DNA of 47,453 nt, counting the filler, from Platydemus manokwari (Eukaryota): assembly GCA_037951405.1 (NCBI GenBank). It is 3 parts of 3 records of this genome, joined end to end, with 100 filler letters (N's around TTAATTAATTAA, not from the genome) between each part and the next. Parts side by side here need not be neighbours in the genome. Positions count along the whole stretch, not along the records: positions 21,161 to 35,594 come from JBBMOY011460309.1; positions 35,695 to 47,453 come from JBBMOY010479998.1; 1 more part is not named here. The stretch is one strand, 5' to 3'. Shown here one piece after another: positions 24,770-37,778 of the stretch. The notes beneath the pieces were generated by a model, which worked only from the letters and a program-made list of their open reading frames with translations, ran no database searches and had not been told where the DNA came from. A program made the translations under genes and the position numbers. The stretch's first letter is position 1, and each line of letters begins with the position of its first letter.

Positions 24770-25530
24770 ATGGATTCATTTATTAAAGCGATTGATGAAG
24801 TTGCTATATCTGAAATAAATTCATCATCAGTGACAGATGTGGAAGAATGCAATGATAAACTGGAAAATTGGATTAAATCTAAAAGGCGGCATGAAATTTC
24901 TCATTATTTTGACGATTCTTTATTTGGGTATTGATTTAATTTTTAAATACCTTGATTTGAAGCTACTATAAATTATCTTAGTGCTTTATATGCTCGGAAA
25001 AAATTCAAAAATTCAATTTAGGATATTCAGGAAATCCTTGAGAGATATTTCCATAAAGTATCAAATGAAATCGTTATTTGAATCGGTGAGTTATTTTTAT
25101 CTGTGATAATATATTGGATGTTTTTCGTTCATTAATTGATCAATGAAAATGGAATTTAGAGCCATTCGATCGTGAGTTTTGGTTGTGGACCTGGACCAGA
25201 TATTGTGGCATATATTAATCACATTCGTAAAGTCTTGAAATGTGATAATTTACCATTGAATATTATGGCGGTTGACAGATTAGAATATTGGGGGAAATAT
25301 ATTTCCAAGCTGAATGAAATTTCAGATTCTAATACCTCAATTCGATTCAAAGTATTTTATATTACTTGAATAACAAATATTGTTTTTATAAGTAGTATGA
25401 AATCAATGATAAATTTATATAAATAATATCATAGTTGGATGTTATTTGATTGTGATTAAAATTCTATAAGCGATGGGAAATTAACTTGAAATCTAAATGT
25501 ATTCTATTCTAATGATAGACGGATTTCTTA
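24770..25530 (+). pseudogene. class I SAM-dependent methyltransferase-like multi-exon pseudogene (exons 24770-24927, 24982-25085, 25160-25351, decayed exon from ~25393)
   Basis: Exon 3 encodes SIVSFGCGPGPD (motif I) and IMAVDRLEYW (acidic residue ending strand 2). GT-AG introns are 54, 74 and about 41 nt. Exon 2 has an in-frame TAG at 25019 plus a frameshift, and exon 4 has multiple stops. Confidence 0.7.
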
Positions 25531-26832
25531 TGCAGCTTTTTAAATCTGTATTATAATTTGCTTATTAGTGGATTCGAGCCATTAATCATTTCAATTACAT
25601 TCGCAGTCACCTGCATTGAGCTTCTTGTTTTCATTATTGTATTTACAAAATAGAAAAAATGATTCAGTTTTTACGTTTAAAATCAAATCACATCTCTAGA
25701 GATATTTATTTCAAATTGTTTTATGTTCTCAACGAAATCTCTCTGAATTGCAAGCGATGCCAATATTTGCAAAGACATAATACTGTGTGTTACTATTTCA
25801 TATAAAAATCATTTAGTTTGAGTTTCATAATGTTTGAAATGGAAATAATGACATTGAACTGAAATAGAATTCCAACATGTTTACTCAGGATTACTGATTG
25901 AGTGACAGTGAATATATGATGATTATAAGATTTATTAAAATAAAAATTTGGTAATTTTCTCGGTTTGAATTTGACCTGCATGGGTCTGAATGCTTCGATT
26001 TGTGACGTCATCGGCGCAGTAGAGGCACATACTCTTACAATGTTGCTTTCTTCTTTCACTCATTTCAGCTTCTGTGTGGGTATATTTGGATATATTTTAA
26101 ACTTGTCTGGCATTTATGATATTTTATCGGCAGTAAAACAAACAAATAATTTTTCATCAGTTATAATTTATTTATATCGAGTTATTTTAGTTAAATTTTA
26201 TATTTTATGTTTTCATACAATTAGTTCGTTAGTCGCTACTATTTTTAAAAAAACCACACATCGAAATCAAACAAAAAAATTAAAAAAAACAATCGATCTA
26301 CTTTAAATCCAAATATTTAAACAAATAATTCTAATTTCACATTAATTTTTTATAAAATTAAAATTGAATAAAATTTAAATAAAATGTGAATTAAAATTGT
26401 TTTGAATTGAATTGAAATTTAATTCAAATATGTCACACAGTTGGTGAAATTGAGTGAGTCATTGTTGTGTAATAAAATAGTCACACGAGGTGTTAAAATA
26501 TCATTAAATTTCTCTTTAAAAAGTGGATTGAGTAATGAGCGATCATCTAATTAGTTGATTAATGAGTCACTTTGAGTTTTAGTGAGATAACCAGTAAACA
26601 ATAAATGGAAATACCGAACTGATGAAGTCTCAAAGATTTTCAGATTTACGAAATGGAATTTCATTAAAATTTTGCCATAAAATAATTTTTTAATTTAAAT
26701 TTACAAAACTCATTTCAACTCATATTTAATAATGTTTATGCTTGTTTGAATGAATACTCCATTCTATTGTTGTCATTAAAATTTGATTTCGAATGAGTTG
26801 AACATGACAATATTTTATAAATGATATTTTAA

Positions 26833-27219
26833 ATGACAACAACTTTATCAATTAAGAAAGGCGACCTATGTGAAACATTTCTTCAAAATATGTCAAATGA
26901 TGCCGATGTTTGTATAATGTTATTCCCTCATTCGATGAATTTCTCGGATGTCTGGAATCTGATGAAAAAGAGATTTGATTTGATAATACTTGTTGATAAT
27001 TTGACTCGGGCAGGAGATTTGAAGATGAGAAATCATGGTTTTAAAAAGAGAACTTTAGATGGGATGGGGATTTATAGTTATATCAAGAATAAATTTTCTG
27101 ACATGGAAACCGATGGATTTGTATGCGAAGCAGGTGAGGATTTCGATTATAATATCGATTCTGATGACGAAATTGATTCTGATGATTATTATAATATTGA
27201 TGATAGTGATTCTGGCTAA
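26833..27219 (+). CDS. open frame, probably a terminal exon (from 26857) encoding the C-terminal half of a methyltransferase-like fold plus an acidic tail
   Basis: Clear paralogue at 34562-34849, sharing NDADVCIMLFPHSMNFSD.WN, LIIL.DN and GFKKR.L.G.GIY with many synonymous differences. AATAAA lies near 27353. Confidence 0.65.
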   Translation: MTTTLSIKKGDLCETFLQNMSNDADVCIMLFPHSMNFSDVWNLMKKRFDLIILVDNLTRAGDLKMRNHGFKKRTLDGMGIYSYIKNKFSDMETDGFVCEAGEDFDYNIDSDDEIDSDDYYNIDDSDSG

Positions 27220-27424
27220 TATGGTGACGACATTTGCGATTAGCAATTTGATACATTTATTAATTCTGATTTGATGTATTTGATTGAGAATTTGCTTATG
27301 AGCTATTTTTGGATGATATTCATTGGTAATTAATGTAGATTGCATGAGTAAAAATAAAACTGATATTAATAGATGTGTTGTTCTGAATATATTTATATAT
27401 ACACAAATCAATAGAATAATAAAA

Positions 27425-28980
27425 CACGTTATAATCTTCGGTTTCATGTGCTCAACTATTATGAATGATATTGTCTTGGACTGACTTCCTAACTTGACTT
27501 TTATTATTATTCTGCCAAGAACCTCACATCTACTGTCGTTGGTACATCGTAAATTTTCACTGGTATATTCGATCTCTACCTGGTGGAGTGTCTCTAATAT
27601 CGTCTTATCCATGAGATTTACTCTTACGCCGGTGTCTAAAAAACATTCAAATTCTTTACTCTATTTTAGTAGTTATAATCGGACTCCTTTGCATTTTAAC
27701 ATAAGAAATCTGGAGAAGATTTAACTCCTTGATTGTTAATATTCTTATTATTTTCTTCTATCATTTTGTCAGTCATCTCTTTCTTTATAAATTTTACAAC
27801 TTTACGCTGTACTCTCTTTCCTGATTCTATATCATCGTTTTTGTTTTTCTAATTTCCAGTTTTTTATGTTCTGGGGACTGCGTTGCTTATTTTTTTATTT
27901 TGTTCATTTTATTTAAATTACTTATTATAAATATCAATATGACTATATATACTCGTTATCTTGCTCAGACTGAGATTTATTGGTTTGTGCATTGCCCCGA
28001 CCGACTCTCCTAGAGTCGGAGCGTTCTCCTTTGGGTATTCTTCGTTGTATTCTGAATCAGATTCTTGTTCGACCGCCAATACTTGTCTATTATTTCGGTT
28101 CACCATTCTGTAATTTTATCCGTTGAAATCCTGACTGTTTTTATTTATTCTATTATTACTCTGTTCCGTGTTCCAAGCTTCGCTGGATTATTGATGTTCT
28201 TTACTTGTAATTTGACCATTGTTGTCCCCTTCTCTCTAAATCTATGTAACATTCACTCTCTTAATGTCCTCGGTATTGACATCTACGGCACTTTATGACA
28301 TTTGTGCAATTTCTCGCTTTATGACCATTCGGTGGCAGGCGTAGCACGTCACCACTTTCGTGCTATATGACCTGGATTTTTTGCAATTATAGCACGTCCT
28401 ATTAACTACTTTCCTTTCCAGAGCCCTGGGATTTGGTTGTGCTCTGACTATCGTGGTCTATTCTCCGGCTCCCACCGTATTTACTTTTCTTTCTTTATTT
28501 CTTACTTCATCTATCTTTTTTCGGTTTTCTTTATTTGATTCACTTCCTCAATATCCCTAATTTTAATTTCTTTCTCTATCTGCACAATGCACCAAGAGGA
28601 AAGCAGTTAGCTCCTCTTATATTGTGAGGCAATATGTCTTCCACCAGTTTATCTATTTTTTTTAAATATACGTCGGCCGGAGCGGCTTTCCTTCTGAACC
28701 TTAGGACCTCCATCTAATATTGAACAAAGGATTTATTTTGGCCAAACGCCTTCCTCAGTCTGTCTTGGTACCCCATTTTGGCGTCCGTCGACTCAAATTG
28801 CTTTACTAAGCCGTCATTTAATCTTGCTGATACGATAGCGTATTGAATATGCTTTGGGATTTTCCAAGCCTCGAAATATTGATTACACTTTTTAATAAAG
28901 TGTTCGACGTTATCACCCAATTTGAATCTGTCTGGCAACAGCGAACCTAGGATCGCATTCAGTGCGTGACCGCCATGTTA
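27425..28980 (-). mobile_element. Ty3/Gypsy-like LTR retrotransposon fragment: PBS, gag with three zinc knuckles, aspartic protease; frameshifted and 3'-truncated
   Basis: ...TAACA followed by PBS-like TGGCGGTC (28980-28968). Gag N-terminus PDRFKLGDNVEHFIKKCNQYF. Knuckles CYNC..GHIAR, CYAC..GHKARNC and CRRCQYRGH.ESEC at ~28250-28400. Protease FLDTGVRVNLM at ~27610-27642. Confidence 0.85.
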
Positions 28981-30764
28981 GCTTCTAACAATTATTCGTT
29001 TTTTAAGTTATATTCAAAACTCAATTCTCAATATGTAAAAAATAAATTCTATAAACAAATATTCTATTATTTTTAACTTTCTTTAATGATTCACATTTCA
29101 GTTAATATAAAAATTAATTTTTAAAACATTTTAATTTTTTTAAAATTTTATAAATTATTTTTTAAATATTGAGAGATTACAATAATTATCTGAACAAGAT
29201 AAATATTAAATATTTTTAATATAATCAATTAAATTTTTTTTTTAAATGATTAATCGTCATTTAAATTTTAAACCTCACATATGTGACTGTCAATAAATAG
29301 TATTTATTGATTTTTGGCAATTGAAAAATTAATATTAATGTGTTTTTATTGTGAAAAATATTTAAATGTGAATAAATGTCGAGGGTTTTGACAATTTGAA
29401 TCAATCAAACCAAACCTTTGCACGGTATTATTATAATTGTATTTTTATGCATGACATAAGTATTACACATGTATTATTTTTTATTTTATTGGTGTTTATT
29501 CTTCACGAATTGACAGTTCTTGGAAATTGGTTTGAAATGAAATTTATAAAATAATATTTTGATTATTTATTATAATTATTATCCATAAGTATTTAAAATA
29601 ATAATACTTGAAAAATCTCATAGAAGAACCTATTAAATTACTTAAATAATAAATTTATTCATAGTAATAGCTCATAATAAATTATCACGTAATAACATTG
29701 AAGAATAAACTGCCACCTATTATCGCGCACAATATTGAGTCGATTGAATTTAATCGTAGAAAATATCTACGAAAATATCACTGCCAATATAAGGCAGCAC
29801 TCACACTTACCACCTCCACACTGATACATTATTTTAGACGCAATTACAAAGCAACCTTTTATTTTGCAATCAAGAACAACACAAGAAAACATCATTCAGT
29901 ATACTCCAGACCCCCATGTGCCCACTATTTTACATGAAGATCCTACAGTAAGATACATTTTTGTTGGAGTTAGTATTTTATTGTTCGAATTCTATCGTGT
30001 ATTCTACACTGCCAGTTGAAGCGTGATACCGATTCGGAATGTGCGTGTATTAAAATATTATAATAAAAATAAATCGAAAACAATATTTTTATTTAAATTG
30101 ACCTAAAATACATAAAATTATGATACAGAAAATAATTCAAATTCCTTTATTTAACTAAACTTAATTCATTTTGAAACAATTCAAAATTACAAATCTTCTC
30201 AGAGACACGGGATAAAAACGAGGATCAACTATGGAAGGTTCTCATAACGAACCTCTTTTGTGTTTAATGTAGATTTCAGATATTACATATTTTAATATAT
30301 GAACAGATCTCTATTATTATCATCCTTATTAGAGTTTGTACTTATTATTTATTTTAGTGATAGATTTTTTATCTTACAAAAGTCTATCACAGACACACAT
30401 GTTATCTCTTATGTCTGTTCAAGGCTTTCACTTTCAGTCAGAAATATATTTTTTGTGAATGAATTTTCTTATTTTTCTACTGCTTATATATTGTTTTCTA
30501 TTAGGGATTATGAATAATTGTTTTTGTTTATTATTTTCTTTTTTCCTGTTAAATTTTAAAATTACTTTATAAGTACGCGTACATTATTAATTTTAATTTA
30601 GTTTTCCCCCACATGTAAGCTGCTACTATTTTAAAAATAATACATGAAAAACAAGCTGAACATTCACGAAATCATATTGTTTTGAGTTTTGTTAATTTAT
30701 TAAATAAATATATTTTTGTTTTGACTGTATTTTAGTCCACTTTACTGGTCCTATAAGGAACTTC

Positions 30765-31140
30765 AATGACGGAAATGGAGACCTGGCTATTGAAAATTTA
30801 TAAATATGGTTATCTAAAGGTTAATTTAATGGATGGCGTTATACCATATTGGTGATGACAAAGCTGGTTGACGGCGCTGCAAAATTGAATAAATTAATCA
30901 ACTACTTTAATTATTGTACGAAAGTGTCTTTGGGTTTTACGTAAATTAATCTTTATAGTCAGTTAGTTACTGTATAAATTTGTCTTGAAATCAAAACAAT
31001 TATATTTTTCGAGAAAAATAACGGAACAAGTGAAATTATAACACAACAATAAGACTGAATGGCCAGCATGTTGCCTCAGCAAGTAGCTAGCAAAGTCCGA
31101 AGTGGACAGAGGAAAGATCTGTTGAATGGAAGAGAGTTAT
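30765..31140 (+). mobile_element. non-LTR retrotransposon (RTE/L2-like) 3' ORF remnant
   Basis: Fragments METWLLK (cf. YG.ETW.L) and RLNGQHVA...KWTEERSVEW (cf. RL.W.GHV.R....WT....EW) occur in the expected order. Confidence 0.5.
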
Positions 31141-34100
31141 TGGTAAAATATACAGTCATACACAATTATGACTGTGTAATGTAATTATCAATGATTAATA
31201 TAATTAAATGATACAATCAAAGATGTTAGAATACGACGGTTTTATGTTTATATGCATTGTTATTATGTGCCTGCGGTGTAACTATGATTGGGGATATATT
31301 CTGATAATTATCCAATCAATATTAGATGGGGATCTCAACAAATTGAGTGGCTCTGATAAGTCATTATTTTCTTTTGAATAATACCAGAGATATTATTATT
31401 AGATAAATAGGACAGGCTGTGCTTTCTTTGGATTCTTATTCATCTAGATTCGGTATATAGTCGACATTAAATTCTCTTTTTATCTGATATAAGTGATGCT
31501 TCTGAGCTGAGGATATGGATTTATTATGAGAATAATCTGATTTCATTCTGTTAGGTCTTATATATATTCTATTGTATTGTAAATTTGTTTTATATCAAAT
31601 TATTTTTGGCATGCGGTTGATTTGTTATGAAATTGTCTTTCAGTTTATTTAGACATTTAAAAGAGTAAAATATGCATTCCAGTTTGGTCCAATTTTGTTC
31701 AGTTGATGTCTCGTTTTCCGAATAGGGCAATTATTAGTTTTATTATTATTAGATCAGATTAGAATGTGTTCAATGATAGCTTTTCGATCGAGGAGCGAAC
31801 TGACATACCTTTTGAATGCTTGTCCATCCCAAGCATAAATAAAGTGTGTTAAAATAAGACAATCAGACCTCTGATTTTCCTATGACATATGTAATGTCGT
31901 GTGATAATAGTATTGATTATGATTCTTCCAGTATAATCTAAGCTGATGACTGCACACACAGTTTTGATTGTATCCCTACTGCCTATAACTTATATCGTTT
32001 CTACTATTAGCAAGAAATAATGCGAATATATACCGTTCTGAATTTAAAGAACTCTTTGGAATAAAACGTCAGCCAATAAAAAATTGATGAATATGTAATC
32101 TGCATATCATAATTCACGATTTTAATTTTATACTTTATATTTTCGGAATTATTAATTTGGCTTCCATTTTGTTAACAAAATTCAAAATTATTTTTATTAT
32201 TTTTTATAAAATATATATTTATTTTTAGTTTTGATTTTCTGATAACTAGGACAAATTAGTCAATCAAAATAAATTTAATATAAATATTTTATTATTAATG
32301 TTGGGGTTTTGGGAAAATTGTCATTTATGTGCAATTCATATTAAACAAATAGAAGTAGAAAAATCTTAATAATAAAAAAAGAAACCTAAAAGTAAATTGG
32401 TATTTTTAATAATAATAATGATGATTATTTTGATGATGTTGATTTTAATAATGGAATTCTTTCTATCATGATTAAAATTGTTAAAGATTTTATTTATGAT
32501 AATTTTAAAGTTAATTGCATCAATTTAAATTGTCGATAGTTTTAACAAAAACTTATTTTAGCTTGACCACCAAAAATATTAATTATTAATCCATTATATT
32601 TTCCCAACTTTTACCCGCATTTTTAAATAATACCAACAAATAAGCCCATATAAACCCGTGTGGCAACTACTTAGGAGAAAATATTCCCAATGATTTGTGA
32701 AAAGTCATCACAATTGAAGCGGAAATCAAGCCAAAATATTTTATTTGAACACAATTTTTCCCCCATTTCCCGAAAATTATATATAAGTCAGCTGAACATC
32801 ATATACCCAGAAACTACTAGTATTGTGCGTTTCGTGTTAATCGTCGAGAAGATCAATTTTGCCATCAATTTTATGCCTTATAGAAATATAGGAAGAGTAT
32901 AAAAAATATACTGTTTGTTGAGGAATTCAAAGACACGTGATATTTGTTCTTGTAAATCATTTACATCAAATATTCTCGCTATTTATCGAGCCGAGTTCGG
33001 AAAACTCTCTTGTAAATGGACACTTACCCAATATTACGACAGGTCTTGCTGGTCCACAATCTCCTATCCTGAATTGCATATTGAATAAATCCCATCGTTT
33101 GAATGTATAGAAGTATTACTTAAAATCATCGTATAAAAGTAGTAATTCATATTTATTTTGATGTTGTATAATTTATTGTCTAAAAGTCTTAATTTATAAC
33201 CATTGTTGAATATATAATTTGGTGTATTTTGTTATTCATAATGAGCATTTGTAATATTAAACTCAAGTTGGTTTTCAATCATCCATTTGGCACAGGATAT
33301 CAAAAATTCATCGTATTTATAACTTCAGTGTCACACATCACCTATTTTGGGAATAATTCTGTTGATAAAATTAATAATTGAGGTTGATAAAGAGAGTTGT
33401 AAAACGGCAATAATAGAGGTAGAATATAAAATAAGAACTAAAATCAAATCTATTTCTACGCCTTTTCACTTATCTTCATATATAAGTTGAGAATGTCGAG
33501 GTGAGGGCCAAAACGGACTCAGAGTATTTATAAAGACGTAGGTCTCGGTCAAGTGGTGATAATAAAATAGAAAAGTAGTGACTCCAAAACGTATCATTAA
33601 TATATTTAACGTGATGAACAATTTTTAACTATTCCATTTCCATGAAAAAAGTGAAATAAAAAAAGACAATAAATCAATGGAATATTTTGACACATAACAA
33701 ATGAAATATCAAATTATGAAAACACACAAAAGGAAAGTCCATTGGAAGACACTCAAAAAATGTGCATAAATAAAAGTGATAACAGAGAAGGAAAATTAAA
33801 TAAATTATTTAATGACGTAGCTATTAATGAGAAAAGAAAGATTGAAGCGGTAGGAAAAATAAATATGAAATTAAAAAATGGTCCTTTTGTAATATCAATA
33901 ATCCAGAGTGTTCGCACTAACTAGATACCTAATGACATAAAAAATCAGTCTTCTCAAAATAATCTAAATTAAGCTAAATTCTTTAAATTTTGGCTGTTGT
34001 CTTTGTCAAATTATCTACACTTTCCAATGGTAACGTACATTCTAACACCCTCATTATGAAACATGTTTATATTTATCATGTTGTTGAGTTTTATAAAACA

Positions 34101-34561
34101 TCCACAATCCTAATATTTTGTATAAATAATTTCACTCTCAAATTTTCCTTTCGATATGTACGACATTTGTGGATAGTAAGAGTAATTTAATTTTTATCAC
34201 TTCTAGAACATGGGCTTGCTTCACATGGCTACATGTACTTTACGTAATTGTATTTTGTTTCTATATAACATTATTATTTACAGCGTTATTGTAAGATTAT
34301 TTATATTGTCAATATTATTATTATTGTTGTTGTCTTCAAATGATGTATTTTTAATTTAAATTTAACTTAGATATTTCAATTGAATGAAAATAATTGTTAC
34401 TGTTTATTCATAAATTGATTGGATAATTGAAATGAAATTAAAAATAACATATATACAAAAACATTTATTACTTGTTCTACAATGGCGAGTAAAATATTTT
34501 TACAAAAATACAATGACATGGTAATTAAATTAATAAAATATAAATTATAATAATAAATATA

Positions 34562-34849
34562 TTACCACGAATCATCACTACTACCATCCGAATCTATTAT
34601 GGTTTTGAATTTATCATCATCCATATAAATATAGATTCCTATACCGTTTAAACTTCTCTTCTTAAAACCTTTACCTTTCAATTTGCATTTACGTCCAACA
34701 GCCACATTATCAATCAAAATTATCAAAGTAAATTTTTTAATCAATGTGTTCCAGAAATCAGAAAAATTCATCGAATGAGGAAATAGCATAATACATACAT
34801 CGGCATCGTTGCATGTTTTATTCAGAAATTGTTGACAGACCGTTTCTTT
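34562..34849 (-). CDS. paralogous terminal exon of the methyltransferase-like family (upstream exon decayed)
   Basis: Acceptor-like ttgtatatttag, then KETVCQQFLNKTCNDADVCIMLFPHSMNFSDFWNTLIKKFTLIILIDN...SDDSW*, stop-free for 95 codons. Confidence 0.6.
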   Translation of the reverse strand, partial: KETVCQQFLNKTCNDADVCIMLFPHSMNFSDFWNTLIKKFTLIILIDNVAVGRKCKLKGKGFKKRSLNGIGIYIYMDDDKFKTIIDSDGSSDDSW

Positions 34850-35239
34850 CTAAATATACAAATTATTCATAGATTTGTTTTAATATATTCAAATAATGTT
34901 TTTGGTTTTAATATTTTGTTCAATAAAACCTGTCCATGTAAATTCATCTCAATGAATGCGCAATATCTCGATTGAGTATGTATTCGTTACGATTGATCAA
35001 CAGGTAAAAACATAATCCATGGAATGCATAAGAAATTGGGAACATGGGAACATTTACGATTAAAATCGAAGTATGTAAGTGATGTTGTGTGTCTGCGACG
35101 TTTTGAATGTCTACTATTTAAAATATTTTTACAATAGTTAAGTTAAAAGCACATTCCGTCATAATAGTTATTTGAAAAACTGCAATCAACCGCCAATCAA
35201 TTATTTAAACGAACACCATGTGTTTATTTATTTAATAAC

Positions 35240-35594
35240 GTTACTCGCCTCCTCTTAAGGCCCGCTCCACCGTTTCAGTCACTCTAATCGTCTGGATTTT
35301 ATCTCATGAGGGAAATGAATCTCCACCTGTCTGTCTGACTTGAATCCGGTAATTCGATAGAGGCCTTCGTACTGATATCCACTTTTCTTCCTCTTATGGG
35401 GATCTACGCGAACTAGCACCTTCTCTCCCACCTGAAAAACCAGATGTGTTCTTTTTTCTCTGTCTCGATTAGACATTATGTCGGCTGCCACCTTAGAATT
35501 TCCTCTAGCCGCTGCTTCAATATCGTCTCGAGTTTGATTCTCGTGGCTCACATCTGCATGAACATTGATCTTCCGCCCGTAGATTATCTCGAAA
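35240..35594 (-). mobile_element. Gypsy-like integrase C-terminus plus polypurine tract
   Basis: FEIIYGR...FQVGEKVLVR...YEGLYRI matches the (P)FE..YGR and GPY/F-module pattern. It is followed by purine-rich AAGAGGAGGCGAG (35256-35244). Confidence 0.8.
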
Positions 35595-35694
35595 NNNNNN
35601 NNNNNNNNNNNNNNNNNNNNNNNNNNNNNNNNNNNNNNTTAATTAATTAANNNNNNNNNNNNNNNNNNNNNNNNNNNNNNNNNNNNNNNNNNNN
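35595..35694. other. assembly gap / contig linker
   Basis: Second 100-nt N block with TTAATTAATTAA. Confidence 0.98.
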
Positions 35695-35705
35695 AACAGC
35701 CATAA

Positions 35706-35706
<1 letters not shown>

Positions 35707-35760
<54 letters not shown>
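35707..35760. repeat. (AAT)n microsatellite
   Basis: About 18 units with one interruption. It produces the poly-Leu ORF 35643..35840. Confidence 0.95.
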
Positions 35761-35762
<2 letters not shown>

Positions 35763-35939
35763 GAATAAGATTAGTACAAAATATAAAGAAAAACAAATAA
35801 AACCAAGTTTAAACCAGGAAATAACAAAATAAATAATCATTACTTGACCTAGAAAAGGAGTGGGTCAGAGAAAATGATCGCGCAGTTATAAGATAAAAAA
35901 TAATAATAACAAACATTGTACCGGAAAGAACAATAAAAA

Positions 35940-36565
35940 TTTATATAGGCAAAATAAACATGGTCCCAGCGCAAGAAAGACTACAGTAAAGAAATTATGT
36001 CTAAAAACACTTATACAAACGGCCATACAAACCGAAGTAAAACTAAAAGCAATAGGTTCAGCGAAATTAAATAAACCAGAGATTAATCGATATTTCGTGT
36101 TATATATTTAATCAAAGATTTAATACTTGCCAAATTTGGGATTCGTGATCAGGAATTCGAGACTATATTTACAATCGTGAGTAATATAAAAGGAGAACTG
36201 ACGTAAAAATCATAATTTAATTAATTTATCATAATTCATCATTATAAATCGCCTTTAGTTGTTATCTTAAACTACCTGAGTGGTGCATTCCATATATTTG
36301 TAGTTTTGCTGTTTACGTTGTTTTGTTCTTAAATAAATTTTATTATTAAATCATCCTGTTATTATTCACGTTGTAAATAATTATATTTATTAATCTGGTA
36401 ATTGTTAACGTGTTATCGTGTGCTACAATGGGGCAATCCAGTCCTTTGATATTAATCAGTTGATCAACTATTAATTATCTTCTATATTTTTTGGTATATA
36501 CATCTTCATATTAGCTACTGGCGCCCTCTAGGACCAGTGTAGCACTAAAATTAACAAACACTCAT
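35940..36565 (+). mobile_element. LTR/leader-like repeat family B, copy 2
   Basis: Shares colinear blocks with 4100-4730. Confidence 0.5.
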
Positions 36566-37778
36566 AATAATATTGTAAATAATATGGTTACTTTTTAACT
36601 AGATGTAAAAGACTTTAAGACTGGCTTTATTATATAAAGTGTTCTAGCGTATATTATGGAAATTTTCTGTAAGACCTGTCTTCATTCTATTATTTATTAA
36701 AAAATTACACTGAAACCCTTTTTATTTCCCTTGCTCTAATATAGATGTTGGGTTTTGGTACTTATATGTTTGTATTCCCAACACCGGTGAGTTCTTAAGA
36801 TTGATCTGATTTAAATTTAAATCAACCCTATCGATTATCAGTCTATTTAATAAATACAATATCTTATAAAAATACTTATTTACTATATCAAATTCTTATA
36901 AACCAAATTATTATGAAAATATAAAATAAGACGTAAGACGATTTAATCTGAAAATTCCTCAATTGAACTTAAAACAATATTACAGAAATTTCCAATAAAT
37001 TACAATTACCAATAATTAATCAATTAATAATTCGGACCAACAAACAAGTTAATTATATTACACCAAAATGAATTTAACTCAAACAATTTAAGGTTAGGGA
37101 GTGGTAATTCAAATTTGACGAATCAACCTATATATTAATATTTTAAAGAGATATAGATTTTAAGATATAATTATTGACTTTCTCTCAAACATCGCACCTT
37201 TGAATTGATTCCTTGCTGATATAAAATCCAATATTGCCAATTGTTTTTAAGCTGAAGCCTGTGCGCTTTCCGTAATTTATGGATACGTCTTCTTGAAATT
37301 AATACGGTTGTCGGCAGTTTGATGAATTAGAGTTTTCGCTTCTTCAATTCCTTTTCTATTTTCAGACTCTCTGATTTTTCTCACTTCAAATTCTTGTATT
37401 TCAGATATTTGTGTTTAAGTTTTTATGAGTGAAATTAATGATTTTAGGTGCTTATTTATAGTATTTTAGAAGTGGAAAATTCGCTTTAGAAATTTAAAAT
37501 ATTTTTATTTTCCAACTTCAAAATTAAAATTATTTTATTTTACCCAAAAATTTAATTCTAATAATTTTAGACTTCTAGAAATTCCAACGAATTAATTTTG
37601 GAATTTCTATATATTATTAGCTCACTTAAACATTTATCTAAAATTCTATATAAATTAAATTAATTTTTCTATTATTGTTATTTTAGGAGCGCTATTTATT
37701 ATTTTTGTTGTCCTATTTATTTTAAAGTTTATTATCATTAATATTTCCATCATAATAATTGTCATTAAAAATATAATT

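Noticed and set aside
25019-25480. Stop-codon reassignment (TAA/TAG read as sense) to rescue the broken genes
   Set aside because: SLU7 has 581 codons with no internal TAA or TAG and uses CAA/CAG for Gln. The broken loci also contain frameshifts and TGA stops.
25793-26306. ORFs 25793-26059 (-) and 25965-26306 (+)
   Set aside because: I recognise no motif or convincing splice structure. The minus frame may be a decayed gene, but I cannot support a call.
27055-27612. 185-aa ORF as a gene
   Set aside because: It is chimeric: the retrotransposon protease tail reads through into antisense of the neighbouring gene.
31200-33550. Possible further pol fragments on the minus strand
   Set aside because: Only vague resemblance and no intact catalytic motif, so I left it unannotated.
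35643-35840. Poly-Leu membrane-like ORF
   Set aside because: It is the translation of the (AAT)n tract plus gap.
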